Assembly (NCBI GenBank): GCA_964648715.1
Contig: CAZYNM010000007.1
Coordinates: 1,436-65,435, forward strand
Length of the DNA stretch: 64,000 bases
Direction of reading: 5' to 3'
Origin: an uncultured Pseudomonadales bacterium
Lineage (GTDB): Bacteria > Patescibacteriota > Microgenomatia > UBA1400 > PJMF01
Below, piece by piece: positions 46,067-55,717 of the stretch. Below the pieces are notes generated by a model that made no database searches, was not told where the DNA came from, and saw nothing but the letters and a program-made list of their open reading frames with translations. Both the position numbers and the translations under genes were made by a program. Every line of letters begins with the position of its first letter. The first letter of the stretch is position 1.

Positions 46067-47602
46067 ATGCATAACAAATTATTAAAAGTATTGATTGTTA
46101 GTACCATAGCATTTTTAGTTATATTTGTTCAACATTTCCCCAATCTGTACGCATCTTGGTATACACCAGAAGGATATACGTATAATTACCAAGCCTCATG
46201 GTTTGACCCGTGGGATGTAAACGTGTATGTTACTGCTATTCGTAATGGTCAAGAAGGCAACATCTTGCTTAAAAACCATTACAATAGTATCCCACAATGG
46301 CGTCCTTCATTCATTTATCCCCTTTATACACTTGCTGGGCATTTAAGTCACGCCAACCCCTACCTTATTTTTCATACCTTGGCCATAATAGTTAGCTGTT
46401 TGACGACAGTTGTTGTCTTTACTTGTTATCAACATGTATTTGGCACATATAAATTAGCTGTGTTAGCTACGATTGTATGTTTGTTGGGCGGAGGTGTGGG
46501 TGCGCTACTTGGTAAAACAGATATCTCTGCTGCCTCACAAATAACAAGTTTTAATTTTCAAAGTGCTACCCAGCGAGCGCATGAAGGCATTGGGGTTACA
46601 ATTTATATTGTTGCTCTCATGACTACATTTTATTACTATGAGGGTAAGAAAACTAAACAAGCTGCTGCAGTTATTATTGGGTCACTATTGGTGGGTGTTG
46701 TTTTTTATCCATACAATATACTCAGCTATTTACTAATTACTTTTATCTACCTTTATCTTAAACTACGGGTCTTTAATGTACGCCCGTATGCTCTTTTATT
46801 TACTGTTGCTAGTATCGTGGGTACCGCAACACTTATTTATTATTTTCACTTACACAGTACTACATTCAGTGCCGCTGCATCTGAAAATCTGCCGAATGTG
46901 CCAATTACAAGCATGCTTATTGGATATGGTGGCTTCATCTCTTTTTTTGTACTACATACTTTTATTGAGAAAAGTACTTTTACAGCTGATCATAAAAAGA
47001 TGAGGTTATTCTTGATCCTGTGGGTTTCGATTTCTATAGTTCTTTCATACCTACCAGGACTGGGTTTCTCACGTTTTTATTTACGTGGTTTATTTTTTCC
47101 GCTCACAGGTCTGATGTTTTTATATTTGTTGTACACTAAGAATCACGTCATTAGATACTTTTTAACGACTTTTTCTATCATACTTTTATTGTCTTCAAGA
47201 CTGAACATTTTTATACTGAGAATGGAGGAAGTTAAAGGGACAAACCCATGGCTTTATACCCATAATGACGTAATTGACGCATTGGATTTTTTGAAGACTC
47301 GATCTGAAGATGGTGTTATAAGTCATAACTATCCAATTTCAAACTTTATACCAGCCTATACAGGAAAGCGCGTGTATGTGGGTCATATGCTTCAGACACC
47401 ACATGCTGCGGAAAGAATAGCATTACTTACTGATTTTTATTTGGGAAAGTTTTCTGAAGAAGAAGCTGCACTGTTTTTAAAATCTAATAATATTACGTTT
47501 GTTATTTACTCTGATCACTTTGCTGGTGACACAGTTCCAACGTACAGTTTCCTGAAAAACGTATTTAAAAATAGGACGGTTCAGATCTTTACTTCAAACT
47601 AA
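46067..47602 (+). CDS. Large polytopic membrane protein with C-terminal soluble domain (GT-C-like glycosyltransferase candidate)
   Basis: 511 aa, more than 10 predicted TM helices, then a ~120-aa soluble C-terminus. No catalytic motif confidently identified. Confidence 0.5.
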   Translation: MHNKLLKVLIVSTIAFLVIFVQHFPNLYASWYTPEGYTYNYQASWFDPWDVNVYVTAIRNGQEGNILLKNHYNSIPQWRPSFIYPLYTLAGHLSHANPYLIFHTLAIIVSCLTTVVVFTCYQHVFGTYKLAVLATIVCLLGGGVGALLGKTDISAASQITSFNFQSATQRAHEGIGVTIYIVALMTTFYYYEGKKTKQAAAVIIGSLLVGVVFYPYNILSYLLITFIYLYLKLRVFNVRPYALLFTVASIVGTATLIYYFHLHSTTFSAAASENLPNVPITSMLIGYGGFISFFVLHTFIEKSTFTADHKKMRLFLILWVSISIVLSYLPGLGFSRFYLRGLFFPLTGLMFLYLLYTKNHVIRYFLTTFSIILLLSSRLNIFILRMEEVKGTNPWLYTHNDVIDALDFLKTRSEDGVISHNYPISNFIPAYTGKRVYVGHMLQTPHAAERIALLTDFYLGKFSEEEAALFLKSNNITFVIYSDHFAGDTVPTYSFLKNVFKNRTVQIFTSN

Positions 47603-47704
47603 AAACATGGCATATACTCTACACTTGCAGCGGATCTTGTATAGATAGCACATGACTGATAAATCTGCTATCTTGAGTATATTGACACTGATGCGTGAAT
47701 TTGT

Positions 47705-48772
47705 ATGTCAGAGAGAAATAGTCCCAATTTGTCATATAGCAAAGCTGTAGATTCTACACCTCGAGAAACAGTTTTTTTATTCTTATCGAGACTGCAAGTA
47801 AAATTACGAGCAGTTTTTCAGGGTAGTGACGCTCATGATGCAACTAGTTTAGTGGCAGATTCCCAACTCCCGTTGGCAGATGTGCATGAACTAGAACGAG
47901 TACTAATCGATCCAGCTACTGGTCGAGTAAGAAGTGAGTTCAACTTTTCTGAAGATGCAAGAAAAATAGTTGAGCAGTTTCCAGGGGTTGAGTTCGTTGG
48001 AGCGGGAAATGAACATGTTGTTGTTCGCATGCATGAAACAAGACCTGATCAGATAATTAAGTATCAAAAAGAAAGGGCACGGTATTTTGAGACTTCACCT
48101 TTAGAAACAATAGAGGTCTATCATCTGCATAAATTACTTCACATGCTTCTCCCTGATAGCTTTCCCGATATCTATGCCACAAGATCAGGTTTAGACGTCA
48201 TTAAATCAAGATGGATGTATGTTGAAAAGGCGAAGCCAGAACAATTTAGCGAAGAAAAACGTCAACTCCAAGAGGATGTCCATTCAATTAGTTCCAGAAT
48301 TGATGAACAGATACAGGAACTAGGAATTCAGCTTGGGTTTTTTAACACCAATAGGGTTGCCTTTGATGCAAGTAAACGAGAAAATTTTATTGTAGATACG
48401 GAAGGTAAACTAAAATACATAGATAGACTGACAATTGGCCCTCAACCAATACGGCTTGATTTCTTACGACTTAACTCAGTGATCCATTCATTAAATAATC
48501 CTACGTTACAATTGAAAATTGTACGGCATCTACTGTCAATTATTGAACTAGAGGTTGTTAAGTATGCTTGGATTCATGCTATTTCACCTGATTCCAATGA
48601 ATTTGCTATGCTACGAGGAGATCTAGATAATAAATCTTGGAATTTGGTCCAGAAATATGCTCGTCGTGCGTTTTATGGTAACTTTAAACGTGATGATTTT
48701 TATTTTTGTAAAGAGAATGTGGTACAGAGACAACCATTTACACTTACAAGTGGCATAGCAATTCCCAACTAA
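47705..48772 (+). CDS. Hypothetical protein, possible atypical kinase-like fold
   Basis: 355 aa. ...AFDASKRENFIVDTEGKLKYIDRL... resembles a D..(K/R)..N catalytic loop plus DFG-like IDR of protein-kinase-like phosphotransferases; weak. Confidence 0.4.
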   Translation: MSERNSPNLSYSKAVDSTPRETVFLFLSRLQVKLRAVFQGSDAHDATSLVADSQLPLADVHELERVLIDPATGRVRSEFNFSEDARKIVEQFPGVEFVGAGNEHVVVRMHETRPDQIIKYQKERARYFETSPLETIEVYHLHKLLHMLLPDSFPDIYATRSGLDVIKSRWMYVEKAKPEQFSEEKRQLQEDVHSISSRIDEQIQELGIQLGFFNTNRVAFDASKRENFIVDTEGKLKYIDRLTIGPQPIRLDFLRLNSVIHSLNNPTLQLKIVRHLLSIIELEVVKYAWIHAISPDSNEFAMLRGDLDNKSWNLVQKYARRAFYGNFKRDDFYFCKENVVQRQPFTLTSGIAIPN

Positions 48773-48778
48773 ATTTGG

Positions 48779-48805
48779 TCAGCCACTTGGCCAGTGGTTG
48801 GAGCC
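48779..48805 (+). repeat. Degenerate tRNA 3'-end (T-arm + acceptor) remnant R1
   Basis: TCAGCCACTTGGCCAGTGGTTGGAGCC is similar to R2/R3 and to the 3' end of tRNA-Lys as read on the plus strand (TGAGCCAGCTGGGACTCGAACCCAGG). Confidence 0.5.
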
Positions 48806-48850
48806 TCTTTTGCTGAGTATCACAATCGTGATGTGATGAGAAATTCGATA

Positions 48851-49189
48851 TTATTCGATAATTGATTGAGGATATAAAGCACATGCTTGATTTTGAAGTG
48901 CCTTAATATTCGCTTTATTTAACTTAGGTTGATATTTGTAAATAATGGGTATAACTAGCTTATTTACTCCTGAGTTCTCTACAGTTTCCATACATCTAAT
49001 AGATTTACTGAAGATTGTTTTGCCTATATTACAACTTATTTCTATTGAGGGCATGGTTCCGTTCCTTAGCTGTTCCCTCATTCCATCTTGCGCATCCAGG
49101 TAGCAATGACTTAGAGAAGCTTCAGTAGTTTTATAGGTAATACCTAACCCAACTAGCAAAATGATAGTTATTACAAAAAGTATTTTCAT
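48851..49189 (-). CDS. Small secreted Cys-containing protein (112 aa)
   Basis: Signal peptide MKILFVITIILLVGLGITY...; 4 Cys; lies between remnants R1 and R2. Confidence 0.45.
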   Translation of the reverse strand: MKILFVITIILLVGLGITYKTTEASLSHCYLDAQDGMREQLRNGTMPSIEISCNIGKTIFSKSIRCMETVENSGVNKLVIPIIYKYQPKLNKANIKALQNQACALYPQSIIE

Positions 49190-49277
49190 ATAAATAATAC
49201 TATATGCTTTTTGATTTGATGTACATGGGTTGGATTAGTATATGCTGCATTTAAATATAAATTAGCTCTAAAATCAG

Positions 49278-49306
49278 TGAGCCACTTGGTCGGTGGGTGG
49301 AACACC
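49278..49306 (+). repeat. Degenerate tRNA 3'-end remnant R2
   Basis: TGAGCCACTTGGTCGGTGGGTGGAACACC: pseudo T-arm (GGTG-GGTGGAA-CACC) plus acceptor-like GAGCCA. Confidence 0.5.
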
Positions 49307-49519
49307 TGTTGAATAGTGTGGTTGAACTTCATTTAAAACTCATAGATCTAGAAGGAAAACATTGACGAGTATTGTAGAAGCACTCGGCACAGGTATCAAG
49401 CTGAGGTTAGTCTAGCAACTATGTAAAAGAAATAGTCTTTTACATAGAAGAATAGTTATCTGTGTAATGATTACTGCCATCAACAAATTGAGAATAAGAT
49501 TGACAATCTGTCAGATACA

Positions 49520-50173
49520 TTAAAACGCAATATTCTTTACCTCAGTAATCATTCTTGATTTAATTACGTCCCAATTTACATCTTTGATCATTCTAGGCAT
49601 CGGTTGAACTTCAGCATCTTCAAAATAAACGAGCGATTTTAAGATATGTGCTTGATTGTAGTCCACAGCCGAATACTTAGTCTTTGCTTTCTCAAGTAAC
49701 TCTGGCAATGAATATATCTCAAATAAAAAGTACAAATCTACAAAATCTTTTTTACTGCCGCGCATACTGACGGTTTGTAGCTTAGTGCAGGCAATATCAA
49801 GAATTGAACTGAGTTGCGTACCATGCCAGATATTCAAAGGTTCTAGCAAAGGATATCGATACTCCAGAAACTGAAGTTTGACACCATCAACATAGGTATT
49901 TACTGTTCCTGTAGCAAGTTCGGTGTTGCTGAGTTGTCCAAGTAACGCAATGTCCTTTTCTAATTGCAAGGTGTTGAAAGCTTCAGAATTAAAAAAGTCT
50001 AAATCTTCTGACTCACGATGCCCTATTTGTAGTGAAAGTCCAGTTCCACCAGATAAATAAAAAGACTTTAGAAATTCTGGCTGTGATTGATTAATTTTCT
50101 CGACAAGTTGTGCTGTTTTGGCAGGAAGTGTATTGGGGTAAAATGTGGCGTTCATGATAAATAAATCCGCCAA
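49520..50173 (-). CDS. AbiEii/AbiGii-family nucleotidyltransferase toxin (type IV TA)
   Basis: LSGGTGLSLQIGHRESEDLDFF matches the GGTAL...R.S.D.D signature of PF08843. Confidence 0.65.
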   Translation of the reverse strand: MADLFIMNATFYPNTLPAKTAQLVEKINQSQPEFLKSFYLSGGTGLSLQIGHRESEDLDFFNSEAFNTLQLEKDIALLGQLSNTELATGTVNTYVDGVKLQFLEYRYPLLEPLNIWHGTQLSSILDIACTKLQTVSMRGSKKDFVDLYFLFEIYSLPELLEKAKTKYSAVDYNQAHILKSLVYFEDAEVQPMPRMIKDVNWDVIKSRMITEVKNIAF

Positions 50174-50385
50174 AAATTACTTGATTTGGGTTGTAATTTT
50201 AATTGTGGAAGTAAGTTCTGAAGTTCGACTCTACTTGTCTGCTTAAAAAGCCATTTGAGTGCTTCAGTATTGCCTTTTTCAAGTAAAGTTTGGATGATGT
50301 ATTTTTTGTGTTGAGACCAATCTAATTCATTTAGACTATCACCCCAAAAATAGGTTTGCAATTGTGTCGGAATTTGTACCTTCAT
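50152..50385 (-). CDS. Small upstream partner of the AbiEii-like toxin (putative antitoxin)
   Basis: 77-aa ORF overlapping the toxin start by 22 nt in the operon position of abiEi; no HTH recognised. Confidence 0.35.
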   Translation of the reverse strand: MKVQIPTQLQTYFWGDSLNELDWSQHKKYIIQTLLEKGNTEALKWLFKQTSRVELQNLLPQLKLQPKSSNFWRIYLS

Positions 50386-50502
50386 TGACTCGTATTATAC
50401 CAAATTTGGTTGGTATTTTCTTGTTTAAAAAGTGTTTTCTTAACTACAGCCATCTGGTTCTGGAACACAGTCCAGGCTGAAAACTGAATAAAATGGGAAC
50501 TG

Positions 50503-50571
50503 CGAGAAAGAATATAAAATCTCCAGAGGAAACCAAAATTTGTGAGCCACTTGGTCGGTGTGTGGAACACC
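50503..50571 (+). repeat. 47-bp direct repeat copy A (att-like) fused to tRNA 3'-end remnant R3
   Basis: CGAGAAAGAATATAAAATCTCCAGAGGAAACCAAAATTTGTGAGCCA matches 55671..55717 with 3 mismatches in 47. It continues into the pseudo T-arm CTTGGTCGGTGTGTGGAACACC. Confidence 0.65.
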
Positions 50572-50659
50572 TTTTCGATAGTATAATCAAATTATATAGT
50601 AAACTTGTGGTTACGAATTTATAAATCAACAGTAGGTGGTGAAAGAAGTTCACATACAA

Positions 50660-52237
50660 CTACTGGGAAGCCAGTGCACGTGTAACAGAATGTGCCGTAG
50701 ATTTACTCTGTCCAATACCTGGCAGATCTTCGCTACATAGTTGAACTGTGTGAACAGAATCAATACTTTCTGCAATCAAATCGAATTGTTCTAAAAATGT
50801 CATATCCTCCTCAGTGAGGATACCCAAAAGTATATATTCTTGCACACTACTATTTTCACTAAAATGCTTTTTGAGATTTACAAGCTGTTGGATTTGTACA
50901 TCTACAACAATATCTGGTTGAAAAGTAGCAATAGCTTGTTGTGCATCCATGTTCAGAACAACTCCGTCAGTGTCAGACGATTCAAGATTACTCTCTGCAG
51001 CAATATATACGCACGGTACTCGACGAGCTTTGAGCTCATCGCTTATAAACCGAGAAAATTTACCATGACCGGCAGTAACTTCAAGAATGATAATTTCTTC
51101 ATGACCTGGTCGGACTAGTTCTCCTACTCTCTTCTCAATATAATCCGCCATTGCTGTCACCAGTTCCTGACTTATTACTTCATGAACATCATATAGTTTG
51201 CATATCAGATCCCACTCAGCTACTGCTAATTGATATTTACTGTCACTGAGTTGCGTCCCAATCCTGTGTTCTTTTCTCCACAATTCAAAATAGGACTTAA
51301 TTTCTGCAAGCGAAGGCAGCACATCAATTCTGCACAGGGGATTTAAGCTATCATGTAATTCATATCGACGTTGAAACTCAGAGTTGGCTAATGGAGAACT
51401 CTGCATAGAGACATCTGCATAGTATTCGGATTGGTGTCTATCGCATTGGGCAACAATAGCTGACCCGTCTTCCTGATCAGCTAGCCAATGTTCCAGTTCA
51501 TCCCAATCATTAATGCCAGTTATCGATGCTAATCTATCGTAATCAATATCAAGCTCCGGAGCAGTGAGGTGCTGTGAAAAATCGATGTTCGACTCAGCAA
51601 ATGTTTCAAGTCCAAGTTCATCGATAAAGTACTGCAGAACTTGCTCATACTCAGCTGGAGCTGCGACTTCTTCAATATTTCCCTTAATATACATTGCAAC
51701 CTCACTGGCTGAAAAGAAAAACATTTGTTCCATCCACTCAGTCGCAAAACAATTTTTGATAGTTTTTCTCCAGCAATCTTTTGTTTGGGCTCCGACAGCG
51801 AGTTTGTATCTCAGAACTCTTTTAACACCATAAATAATGTCTGCAACTGTAATGGGTTTTTCAAGATCAAGTAAAAACAATGTATCTGGTCGCGACTCAA
51901 AACCTGATGGTTTGATAACCTCACCTTGAGACGATAAAAAATAGGCTTCAAGATTATACTTTGGTTCCTGAAAAAGATATGCATTGTAATTTGCAACATC
52001 AGTTTCCACCCACTGAACTGGTTTGTCACTGTCAATTTGCGGAAAGGTTACGCCCAAAGGAACTACAACATCAAGGTCTTGTGCAGTCGCGGTGTGATAT
52101 ATCGTATCAAGTACCGTTGAACCTGCTATGTAGTATAAGCCTGGGGGCTCACTGTACTGCAATGTTTTAGTATCAATTTTCGCGCCCTCTTTAGAGAAAG
52201 TTTCGGTTTCACGGCCAAGCTCTAGTTGTTGTGTCAT
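50660..52237 (-). CDS. Hypothetical 525-aa protein, possible C-terminal Rossmann/methyltransferase-like domain
   Basis: Divergent from the MoxR gene. C-terminal IIILEVTAGHGKFS ... YIAAE ... DIVVDV loosely resembles class-I MTase motifs I/II/IV; the N-terminal ~380 aa are unknown. Confidence 0.45.
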   Translation of the reverse strand: MTQQLELGRETETFSKEGAKIDTKTLQYSEPPGLYYIAGSTVLDTIYHTATAQDLDVVVPLGVTFPQIDSDKPVQWVETDVANYNAYLFQEPKYNLEAYFLSSQGEVIKPSGFESRPDTLFLLDLEKPITVADIIYGVKRVLRYKLAVGAQTKDCWRKTIKNCFATEWMEQMFFFSASEVAMYIKGNIEEVAAPAEYEQVLQYFIDELGLETFAESNIDFSQHLTAPELDIDYDRLASITGINDWDELEHWLADQEDGSAIVAQCDRHQSEYYADVSMQSSPLANSEFQRRYELHDSLNPLCRIDVLPSLAEIKSYFELWRKEHRIGTQLSDSKYQLAVAEWDLICKLYDVHEVISQELVTAMADYIEKRVGELVRPGHEEIIILEVTAGHGKFSRFISDELKARRVPCVYIAAESNLESSDTDGVVLNMDAQQAIATFQPDIVVDVQIQQLVNLKKHFSENSSVQEYILLGILTEEDMTFLEQFDLIAESIDSVHTVQLCSEDLPGIGQSKSTAHSVTRALASQ

Positions 52238-52456
52238 ACTATTTTAGTTTACAATCTTAAAAAGATACACGATACATTCAAAAGTTATAAATATTTTTTA
52301 TGAGCGAAGAATCTGAAAAGAAAAAAATTATCTGGAATAAGGCTGGTAGCGATGAACAAAAACAGGCGATCAGAACTACCTTTGAGCGATATTTTGTTGC
52401 ACTTGCTCAAGCTCGACTTCGCCTACTACAAATAGCTCAAAAGAAGAACAACAAAG

Positions 52457-53917
52457 ATGCATGAACCAAAGTCTGAGGGATCACATGAATTCAATGTAGC
52501 TGACCTACTTGTTGGGATGACAACAGAGGCAAGGAAGCAATTAGCAGACCTGCTTATTTTGATCCAAGAACAAAAAGAAACCAACAGAGATGATTCCGCC
52601 ACATTAGCCCAGATAGAAGGTATTAAATCTGATATTGAGCATGCTACTGCTGAACTTCCAATTAGACTTGAACGAGACCAGGAACCATATTTAGCTGATC
52701 CCGAACTTGCGGAATTGTTGGATGACTGTTATGCACTTGGAAAACCTGTAATGCTTATTGGAGAGCCAGGTACCGGTAAAACTGCCGCTGCATACGCATA
52801 TGCAGCAGAACATGGGATGCAAGTTATCGATCTACAATGTAGAGAATCTGTGGATGCCAGTGAAGCTTTATATTCTATTAGATATCTGGACAAGTGGTCA
52901 GATGCACAATCGGGTACTGCTCAAGCTGGTTATGATAACTACATACAGTTAGGCCCTATAGGTCAAGCATTCATGTCTGATGAACCAGTTGTGTTATTGA
53001 TTGATGAAGCAGATAAGTTGGCTGAGGGTGGTCCTGATGCTTGGCTAAGAGCGTTTGAAGATTTTGCGTTTGTAATAAATGAAGGCAGACCTACATCTGG
53101 AGTTACTGAAAAAGTATCTGCAGAACAACGAATAGTTAAAGCAAAGCACAAGCCATTAATTATTATTACCTCTAACGGTATGCGTGACTTTTCTTCTGCA
53201 TTTCTTCGACGATGTGGGAGGTATTCAATACCATTCCCAGATTCTGAAAAACTTAAAGATATTGTGAAGTTGCATATACCGGATATGGAGACGCAACTAC
53301 TTGATAACATCATCTCAGAATTTATGCGCATCCGTGAAACTGAGGGATTAAAACACAAGCCATCGCCAGCAGAGTTGCTTGATTGGATTCGAGTTTTGCG
53401 TCGGAGAGGTGTTAGTGATGTCTCTCAGGGAAATTTAGAAGCACTCCACTTCTTGATCAAAGAAGAATCAGATATGCAACTGTTTGACATGAGTAAAGTT
53501 TCGCCTGAAGTATTGCATAAATCAGGTATGCCAATTGAAGTTGTGCATGCTATCAATGGCAGACATTTGGTGCAACTCAACAGTGCGCAACCAAAGGATT
53601 TACTACTGCAGTTATATAGAAAAAAAATAAAGTTCTCTGGTACCGCCACATATAGTGACCCATTGTTTATCCAGGAACCAGGTTGTCATACCGTTATAGG
53701 TAGCAACGATATGCGGTGGTATATCGTTACACCAGCAGTTCTCACTGTTTTGAACGAATGTAACGCGGTCGGTATGACTATGCGTTCGATTAATGAAGAC
53801 GAATTACCAGAAGTTACTGACTTTGTAAAAGCAAATAAGTACTTTCAACTCGTGAAGTTGGTAGATGGAAATTCGGCATACATCCGTAATGGAAAAGCCG
53901 TAATTATTCCTAGGTAA
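52457..53917 (+). CDS. MoxR-family AAA+ ATPase with ~90-aa N-terminal and ~170-aa C-terminal extensions
   Basis: Walker A LIGEPGTGKTAAA, MoxR-type VIDLQCRESVDASEALYSIRY, Walker B VVLLIDEADK, sensor/Arg AFLRRCGRY. 486 aa, longer than the typical ~300-aa MoxR. Confidence 0.75.
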   Translation: MHEPKSEGSHEFNVADLLVGMTTEARKQLADLLILIQEQKETNRDDSATLAQIEGIKSDIEHATAELPIRLERDQEPYLADPELAELLDDCYALGKPVMLIGEPGTGKTAAAYAYAAEHGMQVIDLQCRESVDASEALYSIRYLDKWSDAQSGTAQAGYDNYIQLGPIGQAFMSDEPVVLLIDEADKLAEGGPDAWLRAFEDFAFVINEGRPTSGVTEKVSAEQRIVKAKHKPLIIITSNGMRDFSSAFLRRCGRYSIPFPDSEKLKDIVKLHIPDMETQLLDNIISEFMRIRETEGLKHKPSPAELLDWIRVLRRRGVSDVSQGNLEALHFLIKEESDMQLFDMSKVSPEVLHKSGMPIEVVHAINGRHLVQLNSAQPKDLLLQLYRKKIKFSGTATYSDPLFIQEPGCHTVIGSNDMRWYIVTPAVLTVLNECNAVGMTMRSINEDELPEVTDFVKANKYFQLVKLVDGNSAYIRNGKAVIIPR

Positions 53918-53923
53918 TGTACT

Positions 53924-55597
53924 ATGTTTGAACATCTGTCTCCAGTAGGTTCTCAATTAAACAAGGGTAAACCTCAATTAATTGAGCTAGCTGCAGTATT
54001 AGGTGAAGTCCTACCCAAACAAGAAACTGAATTTGATCGTCTTCAAGACTTTTTTGAATGTTTACGAGCAAGCGGCATTCCCGTGAGTATGGCAGAATGG
54101 CTTGATGTTCAGAGACTACTTACAATGGGAAGAATAACTACACTGACTGAAATGCATTTCAAATGTCGAGCTTTTTTGGTCAAGGATGCCCGCTATGATG
54201 CGCTCTATGACCAAGTTTTTAAGAAAGTATTTCTACAGGAAGTTATAGATCATAGAAAAAGTGAGGAAATGTACTTTGATCAAGAATCTGTGAGTGAAGA
54301 AGAAAGACAGGCTGCAGAGCTTGAACAAATGCTTGATCAAAACAGGCCAGCAAGTGTAAGTGAGTTATCAGCGTTACAAACCAAAATAAATGAAATTACT
54401 CGGAAAATGGAGAAAATTAAAAGTTTGTATGTAACTCCAACGAATGACTTGAATGAGGTTGTTCAGTATCGGCGTGGTCAAATTTTGCCAACAAGTGAAG
54501 GTATGGGACGAAGATATCAAAGAGTAGAAAAATTCATGCATGGGCGTTGGTGGGAATCGCACCCAGAAGTTGATTCTGATTCTAGCTACACTGTTTCGCA
54601 TGTAGATTTTCAAGAAATGCAGCCTGCTGATTATGAGCAAATGCGAATGTTTGATTCATTATCAAAAAAACTAAATAAGAGAGCTGAACAAATAAAATCG
54701 GCACTCTCTCCCCTCTCAAAATTACAGCAACAGGTGAAACAAGTAATGAATGGTGATACTCCAATGCCATCACACCAAGAGGGCGGAAATGGTAATCCTG
54801 CAGATGGTTCTGTGCAGATGGATCGTTCCGCACAAATTAATTTAGATCTAGGACAGTTTAGTGGTGCGTTCGGTACAAGCCATGAGGAAATGGTTCAAAT
54901 CCTAGATAGGATTGAAGAAGGCACTTGGCTGGACAGTGAGACAGATAGAGTTTTAACCCCCGATCAAGTTAAGAAAGCATTAGAGAAATTAAAGAAAAAA
55001 TTTACAAATTATAGCCGAATTAAAACTTCTCGACTTGATATAAAAAAATCAGTTCTACGATCTTCAAAGAAACCTGGGCTTCCTGAGCTCGTTTACAAAT
55101 CTGAAGTACTTAAAGAGAAGCCCAACATTATACTTTTGGCAGATGTCAGTGGCAGTGTCCACCAGTTGATTCCACTCATGCGTTCTGTCGTTGAAGGTTT
55201 AAGTTCAGTGACCAATATGGTTGGTACTTTTTATTTTTTTGATAAAGTTGAGCAAGATGTCTACAGTGATGAAGGATTGAGTAGTAAACAAGATATTATT
55301 ACGGTCCTTCAAGAAAATAAGCAATCGTTAGTTTTGATCTATGGCGATACTTTATTCAAATCACAAGGTGATGATGATGAAGCATTTAAACTTCTTGGAA
55401 AAATTAAATCGAATTCTAAATCAGTAGTGTGGCTACAACCAAATATTGAAATATTTAACGCCAATAATTCTGGTGCTATAGACTATGATGATCCTGGTTA
55501 TGCGATGACATATGGCTTCGTTAGAAAGATAATTGATATCTTTCCACTCACATTTAATGGCTTACTTGATGCTGCTGAGCGGCTTCTGCGAAAATAA
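53924..55597 (+). CDS. VWA-domain protein (CoxE-like) partner of the MoxR ATPase
   Basis: C-terminal VWA with MIDAS ILLADVSGSVHQ (DxSxS); long N-terminal region. 6 nt downstream of the MoxR gene. Confidence 0.7.
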   Translation: MFEHLSPVGSQLNKGKPQLIELAAVLGEVLPKQETEFDRLQDFFECLRASGIPVSMAEWLDVQRLLTMGRITTLTEMHFKCRAFLVKDARYDALYDQVFKKVFLQEVIDHRKSEEMYFDQESVSEEERQAAELEQMLDQNRPASVSELSALQTKINEITRKMEKIKSLYVTPTNDLNEVVQYRRGQILPTSEGMGRRYQRVEKFMHGRWWESHPEVDSDSSYTVSHVDFQEMQPADYEQMRMFDSLSKKLNKRAEQIKSALSPLSKLQQQVKQVMNGDTPMPSHQEGGNGNPADGSVQMDRSAQINLDLGQFSGAFGTSHEEMVQILDRIEEGTWLDSETDRVLTPDQVKKALEKLKKKFTNYSRIKTSRLDIKKSVLRSSKKPGLPELVYKSEVLKEKPNIILLADVSGSVHQLIPLMRSVVEGLSSVTNMVGTFYFFDKVEQDVYSDEGLSSKQDIITVLQENKQSLVLIYGDTLFKSQGDDDEAFKLLGKIKSNSKSVVWLQPNIEIFNANNSGAIDYDDPGYAMTYGFVRKIIDIFPLTFNGLLDAAERLLRK

Positions 55598-55670
55598 AGA
55601 ATGTTGATATAACAGTAAATAATACAACATACTGTTTAGTACTTTGTAGCATGTGATCAAATGTAAACTA

Positions 55671-55717
55671 CGAGAAAGAATATAGAATCTCCAGAGGAAA
55701 TCAAAATATGTGAGCCA
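55671..55717 (+). repeat. 47-bp direct repeat copy B (spans 3' flank and last 7 nt of tRNA-Lys)
   Basis: CGAGAAAGAATATAGAATCTCCAGAGGAAATCAAAATATGTGAGCCA; see copy A. Confidence 0.65.

Larger units (their letters stand above)
48779..55717. mobile_element. tRNA-Lys-associated integration hotspot: three serial insertion segments bounded by tRNA 3'-end remnants; no integrase present
   Basis: R1, R2 and R3 plus the intact tRNA-Lys delimit segments of ~0.45, ~1.2 and ~5.1 kb carrying accessory-type cargo (secreted protein; AbiE pair; MoxR/VWA plus hypothetical). The region is AT-richer than the left half of the window. Confidence 0.45.

Noticed and set aside
48779-50571. R1/R2/R3 as possible CRISPR repeats or functional tRNA genes
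   Set aside because: Spacing is irregular (500 and 1260 bp). The copies are similar but not identical, lack a full cloverleaf (no D- or anticodon arms), and resemble only the T-arm plus acceptor 3' part of a tRNA. They are interpreted as att-site remnants.
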